Shown here piece after piece: positions 40,984 to 50,227 of a stretch of DNA of 64,000 nucleotides. The notes under the pieces were generated by a model. That model was not told the DNA's origin and searched no databases. It saw only the letters and a program-made list of their open reading frames with translations. Position numbers and translations under genes: made by a program. Source of the stretch: Candidatus Bathyarchaeia archaeon (GTDB taxonomy: Archaea; Thermoproteota; Bathyarchaeia; Bathyarchaeales; DTEX01); NCBI GenBank assembly GCA_038817885.1, contig JAWAZE010000005.1, positions 1,097 through 65,096 on the forward strand. The letters run 5' to 3'. Each line of letters begins with the position of its first letter. Within the stretch, counting starts at the first letter, position 1.

Positions 40984-41188
40984 CTAAACCTTCACCGCTC
41001 GAAGTTTAGAACAATTAATAATTTACTAATTCACAAGTTATAAATTATTCGGTTAATTGTGAGTTCAGAAAAAGCAAAAATTTTCCTCATTTTCTGAAAA
41101 TAAGAAAAATTTTCAAGGATTAATGTTAACAGAATTAACGTTCCGAAGATCTTTTGAAAAGAAAAAGAAATAGATTTCTTTTTCTTTT

Positions 41189-41211
41189 TTCCAGTAGAAA
41201 CGGAGGGGTGG
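41189..41211 (+). repeat. ORB-like origin recognition box
   Basis: ttccagtagaaacggaggggtgg; compare the archaeal ORB core TTCCAnTGGAAA followed by a G-string. Confidence 0.65.
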
Positions 41212-41375
41212 CTTTTAACAAAAGTTAATTTTAAAATATGTCTTAACTAGAAAAGTGGGCTAAAAATATTTAATTATAATTGAAGTTTTAACAGATATTT
41301 CACAGGGAAGTTAATCATCGCTCCATCGAGCTCTTTTCTAAAACCCCGCCAAAACAAGCGGGGGTTCACCAGAGA

Positions 41376-41397
41376 CACCCCATGATTTCCATTGGAA
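41376..41397 (-). repeat. ORB-like origin recognition box (inverted orientation)
   Basis: The minus strand reads ttccaatggaaatcatggggtg. Confidence 0.65.
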
Positions 41398-41604
41398 AAG
41401 GAACACATGCTTCTAAATATCAGTTTTTGATAAATTAAGAGGTGAATTTCCAGTTTTTTAAAAATTCTCATAAAATTCTTCCTAAAACTAATTTTTGAGA
41501 TTATACAAAAAGTTATATAAGTTATGTTAAATATAACTTCTCCCTAATAAAAGTGGGAGATTGTTTTAACAAACAACAAAATAATCTAAATTTATGAGAT
41601 TGTT

Positions 41605-41628
41605 TTCCAGTAGAAATAGAGGGGTAGG
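41605..41628 (+). repeat. ORB-like origin recognition box
   Basis: ttccagtagaaatagaggggtagg; it matches the copy at 41189 in its first 12 nt and in the GAGGGGT core. Confidence 0.65.
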
Positions 41629-41733
41629 AGCCCCCTTTCTTTAGGACTTTTCATTCTTCAATCTATTTTTTTGTATGAGAGCTCTTAATTTTGGTAGCTC
41701 TTTCCTTATTCTTTTGGAGGTTTCCTGTAGGAT

Positions 41734-42972
41734 ATGGAGAAGCAGGTTGACATATTAGATAAAGTGTTCACACATTTTCTTAGAGGTTCTAAAATTTTTA
41801 GGGATAGGGAAGTTTTAAGGCACGATTATGTTCCAGAATATCTCCCGCATAGGGAGGAAGAAATTCTTCGTTTAGGTGAAATTACCGCTCCCACACTTAG
41901 GGGTTCACCATGCTCCAACATTTTTATTTACGGTAAGACTGGTACAGGAAAAACGGCTGTCGTTAGATTCATCTTAAAGAGAATTACTCAAAAAGCCGAG
42001 GAGATCAATTCGCCAGTTAAAGTCTGCTTTGTGAACTGCCGATTAGCCGGGACGGAATATAGGATCCTGGCGGCACTATGTTCAAGTTTCAATGAGAAGG
42101 TCCCCTTCACTGGCCTAGCTGTTGGGGAGATCTTCGACAGGTTCAGAAAAAGCCTGGAAAGTCAGGGAACTATCTTCCTTGTCGCGCTGGATGAAATTGA
42201 TGCACTTGTTAAAATGCGTGGCGACGCATTACTCTACGAGCTCACCAGGATAAATGAGAATCTTAGTAAAAGTAAAGTCTCGATTATAGGCATATCTAAT
42301 GACCTGAAATTTAAAGAGCTTCTTGATCCAAGAGTTTTAAGCACGCTGAGTGAGGAAGAAATGGTTTTTAAACCCTATACTGCTGATGATCTTCAGGACA
42401 TTTTGATGGAGAGGGCTAAAATAGCTTTTTATGATGGCGTTTTAAGCGAGGGTGCCCTTAAGTTATGTGCTGCTCTGGCGGCAGCGGAGCATGGTGATGC
42501 TAGGAGGGCCCTTGATCTCCTAAGAGTTGCCGGTGAGATAGCTGAGCGGAAAGGTGATGCTAAAATTTCAGAGGAGCACGTTAGAGAGGCTCAAAAGAGA
42601 ATAGAACATGATCGGGTTTACGAAAGCATAAAGAGTCTGCCTACACACTCAAAGATAGTTCTCTTAAGCGCTTTTCTGCTCAGTAAATTTGATCCAAATC
42701 GCTCAATGACCGGGGAGATCTATAATCTTTACTCGGAATTATGCGAGCAGGTTGGTATAAGCCCATTAACCCAGAGGAGGGTGAGCGAGCTAATAAATGA
42801 ATTAGATGTTATGGGGCTCCTTAACTCTCGTGTTGTAAGCCTTGGAAGATATGGGCGAACAAAAAAGATAGGTCTAGGTATCCCACGAAAAATTCTCACA
42901 GAAGTTTTCTCCGAAGATGAAATATTTAAAAATATGCTGAGCTACAGGCCTAAATTTTTATCTTCTTCTTAA
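41734..42972 (+). CDS. cdc6: Orc1/Cdc6 replication initiator
   Basis: HREEE, Walker A GKTGTGKT, Walker B LDEID, sensor GDARRALDLLR, and a C-terminal winged helix. Confidence 0.95.
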   Translation: MEKQVDILDKVFTHFLRGSKIFRDREVLRHDYVPEYLPHREEEILRLGEITAPTLRGSPCSNIFIYGKTGTGKTAVVRFILKRITQKAEEINSPVKVCFVNCRLAGTEYRILAALCSSFNEKVPFTGLAVGEIFDRFRKSLESQGTIFLVALDEIDALVKMRGDALLYELTRINENLSKSKVSIIGISNDLKFKELLDPRVLSTLSEEEMVFKPYTADDLQDILMERAKIAFYDGVLSEGALKLCAALAAAEHGDARRALDLLRVAGEIAERKGDAKISEEHVREAQKRIEHDRVYESIKSLPTHSKIVLLSAFLLSKFDPNRSMTGEIYNLYSELCEQVGISPLTQRRVSELINELDVMGLLNSRVVSLGRYGRTKKIGLGIPRKILTEVFSEDEIFKNMLSYRPKFLSSS

Positions 42973-42990
42973 ATTAATCTTACTTTGCTT

Positions 42991-44520
42991 TTAAATAATG
43001 GAAGTAAAATCTATTGGGATAACTTCAAAAGTATTTAGGTTTACTGCCGGGATTATGCCGGGGTTAGGTATGTGTCCCATTTCTTTTTGATACTCCGTCT
43101 GCTCTTGGAATGCTCCTGAATTAACTATGAGGACCCCTCGATATGTACTATATTTCATTAGGTGCACGTGCCCCGCATGGAATACGTCTGGAACATGCTC
43201 TATAACTAAGTGATCGACTCTCTCAGGAGCTATTAAAGTTCTCATGCCATATGTTGGTGCCAAGTGCCTACATTGTAAGAGAACCTTCATAGCCTCGTCT
43301 GGTGATTGGAAGCTCATATTTGGAACAGTCGCTATGATATCATCTAGGCTCCTTCCATGCGTTAAAAGGAAAGTTACGTTATGTAGGCTTATAACTGAGG
43401 GGTCACCTAACATATGGACTCTCCCTATCTCGTAGAGGGGCTCAGCATAGTCCTTAGAGATGGCTGGTTGCGGCAGGGCCCTTCTGGTAGCATCGTGGTT
43501 TCCAGGTATAATAATTATCTCAATATAATCTGGTATTTCTCTGAAGAAATCCGCTGCAGCCTTATATTGCTTGTAGATGTCTTTTATCATAAGCTCATCA
43601 TACTGCTGTGGATATATTCCTACACCATCGACGATGTCACCAGCCACAATCAAATACTTAACATGACCAGCTATCTCTCTGAGACGACTATTGCCAACCT
43701 CCCCCCTTAACCACATTATAAACCGCTTAAATGCCCCCTCCATAAACATCTTGCTTCCAATATGTAGGTCAGATAAGAGCGCTGCGTGAATTGATATAGG
43801 AGATCTATTTGGTTTTCTCATAGGTATGTCTGGTAGCACTATATCTTTCACTATGAGGAGATCATCTCTCCCCCTAACAACGCTCATGCAGATAACTTGG
43901 TCCAAAAGCATTTTTTGGGCTTTTACGTATACCTCACGGCTTTCCGCTGGGACAAAAGCTGTCGCTTGGTTATCTAGATCCTCAACTCTGAAGAAGATTC
44001 CACGTTTGGTCTCACGCTTATCCATGATGATACAAATAATTTTCATTTCAGAGTTTTCGGGAGCCTTTAGGGCATCCGCCAGGGTGCCAGCATCCCTTAC
44101 ATCTATTCGGCTCCTCAATATCTTACTTATCTTCTTAAACCGGCTCCTAAAATATTCTATGCAATCATTAAGGGATCCTGTTGCACTTATTTTATTGGTT
44201 GGATCATCTATAACTTTTAAATCAGCTTCAAATTCTTTTGCATAAGGCTTGAAGAAGGTTTTGCCGCTAACCTCGTAGGCTGCCTTGGAAGCCTTCAGTA
44301 AGCCCCTCTTCTCTATCTCTCCCTCTATGATTTCACGGGTTATAAATAGCGGTTTATCTGAGAGCGCCTTTATTTCCTCAAGCACGCATTTGATAAAGGA
44401 ATTCAGATCAATTTGGCGAGATATGCTCTTTAGAAATTCAAAGGTCTCCCGGTCAACCTGATAGCCGGATTCAATAATTAAAGATATTGCTCTCTTAAGG
44501 CTCTCTTCGCTCTCCGACAT
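42991..44520 (-). CDS. polB: DNA polymerase II (PolD) small subunit DP1
   Basis: 509 aa with calcineurin-like phosphoesterase motifs (SDLHIGS, AGDIVDG, PGNHD, GHVH) after an OB-fold region. Confidence 0.9.
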   Translation of the reverse strand: MSESEESLKRAISLIIESGYQVDRETFEFLKSISRQIDLNSFIKCVLEEIKALSDKPLFITREIIEGEIEKRGLLKASKAAYEVSGKTFFKPYAKEFEADLKVIDDPTNKISATGSLNDCIEYFRSRFKKISKILRSRIDVRDAGTLADALKAPENSEMKIICIIMDKRETKRGIFFRVEDLDNQATAFVPAESREVYVKAQKMLLDQVICMSVVRGRDDLLIVKDIVLPDIPMRKPNRSPISIHAALLSDLHIGSKMFMEGAFKRFIMWLRGEVGNSRLREIAGHVKYLIVAGDIVDGVGIYPQQYDELMIKDIYKQYKAAADFFREIPDYIEIIIIPGNHDATRRALPQPAISKDYAEPLYEIGRVHMLGDPSVISLHNVTFLLTHGRSLDDIIATVPNMSFQSPDEAMKVLLQCRHLAPTYGMRTLIAPERVDHLVIEHVPDVFHAGHVHLMKYSTYRGVLIVNSGAFQEQTEYQKEMGHIPNPGIIPAVNLNTFEVIPIDFTSII

Positions 44521-44684
44521 TACCCTTCAAATGTAGTAGACAATTCTTTATAAATAGTGATTCATATTATGCCAAAAATACATGGATATGAGCATAGCAT
44601 CACAAGTAACATTAATCATGTTTATATTATACTATTCTATAATATGATTTAGATAAATTTCTATCTGCTCAGAAGCGATGCAAA

Positions 44685-45668
44685 ATGTTAGAAGTTCGAA
44701 AAGTACAGATGACCAGAAGCGGAACCTTCTTTATTACACTGCCTAAAGATTGGGCTATACGCAATCGCATACAACGTGGCTCAATCGTTACAAGTTTAAT
44801 AACCCCAGATGATAAGATAATAATTAATCCGAGATATACCGCTGAACCCGCACCAAAAGCAACAACTATCAAGCTTGGCTCCCATATTAGTCGCAACGTC
44901 ATCAGCAAGTATCTTCTTGGCTATGATGTAATTACAATTGAGGCAAAAGATAGAATTACACCTGAGCAAAGGGAGATTATTAAGCAGACATCAAGTCAGC
45001 TTGTAGGGTTGGAGATAATCGAGGAGGATCAAAGCAAGATTGTTATGCAATGCCTTTTAGAGCCCGCAGCTCTCTCCCCAGAGAAAATTCTGCGTCGCGA
45101 GCACTTGATCACCTCAAGCATGTGTAAAGACTCAGTTGTAGCGTTACTTGAAAGAGACATTCATTTAGCCAAGAATGTTATTGCTCGAGATAATGAGGTT
45201 GATAGACTCTATTTTCTATTAGTTAGGGTTTTAAGAACAATTATACAAAATCCAAGTCTCAGCGAGAGTCTCAGCATATACCCGATAGATTGTTTAGATT
45301 ATAGGCTGGTGGCAAGCCTTGTTGAGCTAGTCGCCGATCAATCATCTCAGATGGCCAAATATGCAATTAAATTTAAGGATCTAAAGCTAAATGATGAGAC
45401 ATCAGGGGCTCTAAGTAACCTGCATAAGATTATTCTTGAGACTTTTAATGAGGCGGTTGAATCTTTCATCTCACATAATGTCTCTAGAGCCGCTTCTATA
45501 AGAGATAAGGAGTCAGAGATTAGGGACTTGAGTAATAGGATTGAATCGTTAACGAATGCGTTATCTTTTGAGAGAGCGCAGGATTTAGTTAGAGTGTTAT
45601 CGTTGCTTAATCGCATATACGAGTATAGTGTCGACATATCTGATTTGACGACTTCAAAAGAGTTCTAG
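44685..45668 (+). CDS. AbrB/SpoVT-domain plus PhoU-domain regulator (archaeal phosphate uptake regulator-like)
   Basis: N-terminal VQMTRSGTFFITLPKDWA (SpoVT/AbrB) followed by helical PhoU-like repeats (ARDNEVDRLY). Confidence 0.75.
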   Translation: MLEVRKVQMTRSGTFFITLPKDWAIRNRIQRGSIVTSLITPDDKIIINPRYTAEPAPKATTIKLGSHISRNVISKYLLGYDVITIEAKDRITPEQREIIKQTSSQLVGLEIIEEDQSKIVMQCLLEPAALSPEKILRREHLITSSMCKDSVVALLERDIHLAKNVIARDNEVDRLYFLLVRVLRTIIQNPSLSESLSIYPIDCLDYRLVASLVELVADQSSQMAKYAIKFKDLKLNDETSGALSNLHKIILETFNEAVESFISHNVSRAASIRDKESEIRDLSNRIESLTNALSFERAQDLVRVLSLLNRIYEYSVDISDLTTSKEF

Positions 45669-45683
45669 CTGTAATATTATCTC

Positions 45684-46004
45684 TTAAAATATCTCTTTCT
45701 CGCCAATTTTCCTGAAGATTTTTCCCCTAACCTTTATTGTCGGCATATCTATTTCTTCTGGACCCTTCTCAATAGTTCTTCTCTTTACGGTTTCTCCGCA
45801 AATGCCTTGTGGAAGCAGGCGCCTAACCATACACATGGCATAGTTGCAGTTTATAGGATTGCATGGCTCCTCCGTTAATCGGCACCACGGGCTTTTTCCA
45901 TGAAAGGTTAGAAAGCCCTTTCCGCACCTAAATTTATTGCACTTAGAAGAACATTTTTTCGTCTCAGACAATGTGGACACAACCTGAACGGGAAGGTCTC
46001 TCAA
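45684..46004 (-). CDS. Hypothetical cysteine-rich protein
   Basis: 106 aa with 9 Cys in the central 60 residues. No family recognised. Confidence 0.4.
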   Translation of the reverse strand: MRDLPVQVVSTLSETKKCSSKCNKFRCGKGFLTFHGKSPWCRLTEEPCNPINCNYAMCMVRRLLPQGICGETVKRRTIEKGPEEIDMPTIKVRGKIFRKIGEKEIF

Positions 46005-46110
46005 CAGACCTCATATAGCTTCTTAAATTTTGGTTATAAACAATTACACTAATAAACTTTTCTTTAATTTCATATTTAATTCAAAAGTGATGGGTAATCA
46101 AATAAGTGCT

Positions 46111-47043
46111 TTATTTCTTTGGAAGGAACTCCTCAACTACTAATTTAGCAAGCCTTATTTTATCCTCTAAGGTCCTCATTATAGTATCAGTTGAAATCAC
46201 TTTTATTCCAAGACTCTCTATTTCATCCTTCTCTCCCTCGTCCGCGCGGTCTATTATGAAGGCGCTTAGAAAATCTCTATATAAATATGCTACTGAATAT
46301 GCTGAGACCTCTAACCCAAGCCCCCTCATCAACTTGTCTGCAGGGCCCTTTATCGGCATCCCTGACACTATTGGGCTTATGGCTACTTTATGGGCCCTAC
46401 TAGCTCTTAGAGATTCCCTTACACCTTTAATAGATAATATTGTACCTATGCTCACAATTGGATTGCTTGGGCATATAATTATTAATTCGCTGTTAAGTAT
46501 CGCTTCAATAACACCATCAGCAGGCTTAGCGGTCTCAACTCCCAAGTATTTTACTCCTAAAACCTTATCTTTAGCTTCCCTCTTAACTAGGTACTCTTGG
46601 AAGTGCATTAATCCAGCATCGGTTTCAATCCACGTCTCAAATTTATCGTCTGTCATTGGAATTATATTAGTCCTCACACCCAAGCTTCTACATATCTCTT
46701 TCGTCGCCTGGGAGAGCTTTAGACCCCTCTTTAAGAGAAGTGTTCTATGAATGTGTGTTGCAAGGTCCCTATCGCCTAAATTGAACCACGTTTCATAACC
46801 ATATTTCCGCAGCATCTCTAAACAATAAAATGTGTCGCCTCTTATACCCCAACCCTTCTCCTCATCAACTATGCCAGCTAAAGTGTAAGTGATTATGTCA
46901 AGGTCTGGTGAAATATGTAGCCCATAAAGTTCTATGTCATCTCCAGTATTAACAATAGCAACTAACTTCTCTTCGGGGATCACCCTAACGAGTCCTGAAA
47001 GAAATTTTGCGGCACCCACACCACCAGCTAAAGCCGTTATCAT
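46111..47043 (-). CDS. cofD: 2-phospho-L-lactate transferase CofD (F420 biosynthesis)
   Basis: ITALAGGVGAAKFL, NTGDD and ISPDLD motifs. With the start at 47043 the gene abuts the stop of the upstream gene. Confidence 0.85.
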   Translation of the reverse strand: MITALAGGVGAAKFLSGLVRVIPEEKLVAIVNTGDDIELYGLHISPDLDIITYTLAGIVDEEKGWGIRGDTFYCLEMLRKYGYETWFNLGDRDLATHIHRTLLLKRGLKLSQATKEICRSLGVRTNIIPMTDDKFETWIETDAGLMHFQEYLVKREAKDKVLGVKYLGVETAKPADGVIEAILNSELIIICPSNPIVSIGTILSIKGVRESLRASRAHKVAISPIVSGMPIKGPADKLMRGLGLEVSAYSVAYLYRDFLSAFIIDRADEGEKDEIESLGIKVISTDTIMRTLEDKIRLAKLVVEEFLPKK

Positions 47044-47678
47044 AGGCTTATGCCCCAACAATCCTTAAAGGCTATTTCCTTAAGTAGCTTTCTGGGCGGG
47101 GGCTCAGGGCCCTCGGCCGGATAGCCAACCGTTATTAAGGCTTGGGGTTCAACGTCGCTGGGCATTCTTAAAATTCTTCTAACGGTCTTTTGACAGAAGA
47201 GGGGTGCACAGAACCAGCATGCGCCCAACCCCTCGGCATGAGCAGTCAAAAGGATGTTCTGTATAGCGGCAGCTAAGCTTTGCGTCGCCATTAAATGCTC
47301 AAACCTCTGCCTCCGCTTATCAGGATACCTTTGCATATCCCTCATGGTCATCGCGGCAACTATTAAGACTGGTGTCTCAGAAAAACGCTTAATAGACTCT
47401 TTAACCAGTCTTTTTGAGTCTTCTGGGGGGACACCATCCTTCCTAAGATCCCTCAGCCAGTCTGAGGCCATTGCTTCAGCCAACTTTCTCTTCACCTCTG
47501 GATCAATTATTACTATAAAGCGCCAGGGTTGAGCATTATGAGCTGATGGGGCCCACCTAGCAGCGTCAATTAGCCTTAAAATAAGATCGTGGGGGACGCT
47601 TTTAGATAAAAATGATCTTATGCTCCTTCTACCCTTAATAATATTTTCCAAGAGATCATTCTTTAACAGCATTATCAC
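47040..47678 (-). CDS. Nitroreductase-family protein coupled to cofD (FbiB C-terminal-domain-like?)
   Basis: RRSIRSF and AARWAPSAHNAQPWRF motifs, TVGYPA at the C-terminus; directly abuts cofD. Confidence 0.7.
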   Translation of the reverse strand: MIMLLKNDLLENIIKGRRSIRSFLSKSVPHDLILRLIDAARWAPSAHNAQPWRFIVIIDPEVKRKLAEAMASDWLRDLRKDGVPPEDSKRLVKESIKRFSETPVLIVAAMTMRDMQRYPDKRRQRFEHLMATQSLAAAIQNILLTAHAEGLGACWFCAPLFCQKTVRRILRMPSDVEPQALITVGYPAEGPEPPPRKLLKEIAFKDCWGISL

Positions 47679-47723
47679 CAGAATATTGGGATAAGAAAAC
47701 CTGGGAAAAAAATATTTTGGGAA

Positions 47724-48356
47724 TTAAAGGTCCAAAATTGGTATTTTTGCGCGCCTCTTAATGGCCTCTGCCACTACGTAGCCTAGAGGAATAATGTAGA
47801 GTGCTAGCGTAGCGTTAAATATTGCGATGAGCGGCATGAGGAGACGTATAGCTTCTTCAGTGCAGCTATATCCGAATGGTGGAGGATACCGGAGGAACGC
47901 CCAGTTAACAAAGCTCATTATAGTAACCCTAAATATGATGCCAAGCGCGGTTAGAACTAAAATCGCTGTTAGAATGGCTCTATGTTTTAAGTTGTTTGTC
48001 AGGCGTTTGCCCAGCCACATGCCCAATAGCATACTAACTATTGCAGTGAAATTATAGAGGGGCCCGGTAGGTAGCATTCCTGGAAATACCGCTAAGAGCA
48101 CAAGCATGTTTATAAAAGCGATGAAGACCCCAGCCAGGAAACCGAAGAAAAAGAATGCTGCGACTATTGGGGCCTCCCATACTTGATATATTAAGAATGG
48201 TGCATAAGGTGCTGGAAACTTTACTGGTGAAAGATTTAGTGCTATTGTAAGCGCTACGAAAACCGCTATGAAGGCAGTTCTCCTCGCTCCCAAAATAGTA
48301 TTCTTTTTTAGTCGCATTATATAATCACCTTTTTTGGAAAAATATAAAAGTTTCAC
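47724..48356 (-). CDS. Integral membrane protein, ECF-transporter S-component-like
   Basis: 5-6 TM helices, about 200 aa. The N-terminal pattern RRTAFIAVFVALTIALN resembles substrate-capture S components. This is a weak call. Confidence 0.4.
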   Translation of the reverse strand: MKLLYFSKKGDYIMRLKKNTILGARRTAFIAVFVALTIALNLSPVKFPAPYAPFLIYQVWEAPIVAAFFFFGFLAGVFIAFINMLVLLAVFPGMLPTGPLYNFTAIVSMLLGMWLGKRLTNNLKHRAILTAILVLTALGIIFRVTIMSFVNWAFLRYPPPFGYSCTEEAIRLLMPLIAIFNATLALYIIPLGYVVAEAIKRRAKIPILDL

Positions 48357-48392
48357 TATTTAAGAGTAACTACCCAAAAATGAGTAAAACTT

Positions 48393-49289
48393 TTAATCTT
48401 TTTGTAGCCATTCCATTATCTGCTTATCTAGGGGCTTCGTTCCTCGTTTTCTTCGCCTAAACTTAAGCGGGTATCCGCCCAATGTTTTATAGGCTATCTC
48501 CGCAAGCCTATCAACCTCTCCCTCTCTAAATTCGCGCCATCTGGGATTATGTCTAAAATCTTTGGGATTAATCCATTCTGGAGAAAAATTATCAAGGTCC
48601 TCTGGCTTCATGCAAATGCATACAGCATTTAGTTCCCGGTGCAGGCTTAGTGGACATGTAAAGATCCTTGTTAGATCCATTTTATTCTCTATTTTTATTT
48701 CACTTTCCACAGATGGTTCCATGAGCTTTTGGAAGATCTTTGCGTTTACATATTCAACTATTGCGTATGCGAGGTCTAGGGGATTATATTTTGCGAGTAA
48801 GTTTTCTGAGAAACTCCTCTCATTTATATGTATATGGCATCCGTTTCCAGACCACTTAATATAAACCGACTCTTTAATCCCCCACTCGCCTAAAAACTCT
48901 ATAATTTCTTTTGCAACTCGAATGGTATCTCTCCAATTTGTCAAGTTGCTGTCAATGTCCCATGTTGGCGTACAGTAGGCTATGTTTTTTGGATCATAGA
49001 TGTCGGAGAAACTATTAATTCTCCTATAAACGTTGGCGGTGGCATAAATAGATCTTACCTTATAATTACTAATTATCCTTAAATCTTCTATCTTCCCAAT
49101 TTTTATCGGCTTCCCCCAAATATATCTCCTTAAGACAAGTTTCCCTGAATTATTTAAGCAGTGTAGGGCTACCCACCTCTCCCTAGCGAAATCCACGACC
49201 TCCCTTTGGACCTCTTTGCGTAAGTAATGCTCATGTATGATATCCATGGAGGCGGCCCTGAGCATGCAATCCACCAACAAGCTCAACAT
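48393..49289 (-). CDS. Archaeo-eukaryotic primase (AEP) superfamily protein, PriS-like but compact
   Basis: Motif I TPTWDIDS (DxD), motif II WSGNGCHIHI (SGxGxH), motif III MDLTRIFTCPLSLH. No Cys/His Zn cluster lies between motifs I and II. The start may be the ATG at 49247. Confidence 0.6.
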   Translation of the reverse strand: MLSLLVDCMLRAASMDIIHEHYLRKEVQREVVDFARERWVALHCLNNSGKLVLRRYIWGKPIKIGKIEDLRIISNYKVRSIYATANVYRRINSFSDIYDPKNIAYCTPTWDIDSNLTNWRDTIRVAKEIIEFLGEWGIKESVYIKWSGNGCHIHINERSFSENLLAKYNPLDLAYAIVEYVNAKIFQKLMEPSVESEIKIENKMDLTRIFTCPLSLHRELNAVCICMKPEDLDNFSPEWINPKDFRHNPRWREFREGEVDRLAEIAYKTLGGYPLKFRRRKRGTKPLDKQIMEWLQKD

Positions 49290-49395
49290 TTTAATTTATC
49301 TATTAAAAGAACCCTTCATAATTTTTAATAATATGTATTCAAGAAGAGATTTATTTAAATAAAACATTTAATGCTTTTAGAGAATTTTCAAAATA

Positions 49396-50160
49396 CTAAA
49401 TGTATTTTTTAAACCATTTTATGGCTAAGCTTATCGCTTTATCTAGGTGCTCCGCCTTTGTGAAGGCGTGATCCGCGCAACTTATTATCTCCAACTTCTT
49501 TGGTTCGCAGGCATTCTCGTAAAGCTTTAGGGCATGATCTACTGGAACTATCTCGTCAGCGCTACCATGAATTATCAGAATAGGGGGCGCCTCCCTCACA
49601 GCCTCCAATAAATTGTATTTCTTTAAATCCTCGTAGAATTTAGCTCTTAGTCTCTTTCCTGAAGGAAGCACATAGTATGCATTTTGCCCGCATACAATTT
49701 TTGTCTCGCCCAGGCTTGAGATAACGTATGGCGTTGAGAGCAGGACGAGCGCTTTTATCCCCTTTTCTTTGGCGGCTATGGCAACCATCCCGCCGAAACT
49801 TGAGCCTATAACACCAATCCTCTCAGTATTAATTTTACCACTTTCTCGTAGAAAGTGGAGGGCGGCCCTATAATCTTCAATCCTATCTGTCAAGGAAGTA
49901 TCCTCAAATAAACCATCACTTCTTTCTTCCCCCTCACCGCACCCTCTAAAATTAAATCTTAAGCATGCATAACCCTCCTTAAAGAGTCTTAAGGCAATAA
50001 TCGGCCATTTACCAGAATCCTTGCTTCCCTCTAAACCATATAAAGTGACTATGCAGGGAGCCCCAACGTAGGGTATATGGAGGTTCCCGCGGATCTTCTG
50101 GCCACCAGCATAGAACTCAACGGAATAAGATTCCAAAAGGTGACCCACTTTGGAAGTCAC
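49396..50160 (-). CDS. Alpha/beta hydrolase (dienelactone hydrolase/S9-like)
   Basis: Nucleophile elbow GSSFGG, a later IHGSADEIV (Asp) and ADHAF (His). Confidence 0.8.
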   Translation of the reverse strand: MTSKVGHLLESYSVEFYAGGQKIRGNLHIPYVGAPCIVTLYGLEGSKDSGKWPIIALRLFKEGYACLRFNFRGCGEGEERSDGLFEDTSLTDRIEDYRAALHFLRESGKINTERIGVIGSSFGGMVAIAAKEKGIKALVLLSTPYVISSLGETKIVCGQNAYYVLPSGKRLRAKFYEDLKKYNLLEAVREAPPILIIHGSADEIVPVDHALKLYENACEPKKLEIISCADHAFTKAEHLDKAISLAIKWFKKYI

Positions 50161-50227
50161 TATTTAATTATGAATCTTTTTTAGGATAAAGAAATTGTGA
50201 AAAACTTTATCTTCGTTTATTGACGCT

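Larger units (their letters stand above)
40984..41733. other. oriC: Putative chromosomal replication origin (oriC) adjacent to orc1/cdc6
   Basis: A 750-bp AT-rich non-coding region with three ORB-like elements, A/T tracts and several inverted repeats, directly upstream of orc1/cdc6. Confidence 0.7.

Noticed and set aside
41274-41471. 65-aa minus-strand ORF inside the origin region.
   Set aside because: It overlaps the inverted ORB box and AT-rich repeats, and its composition is not coding-like.
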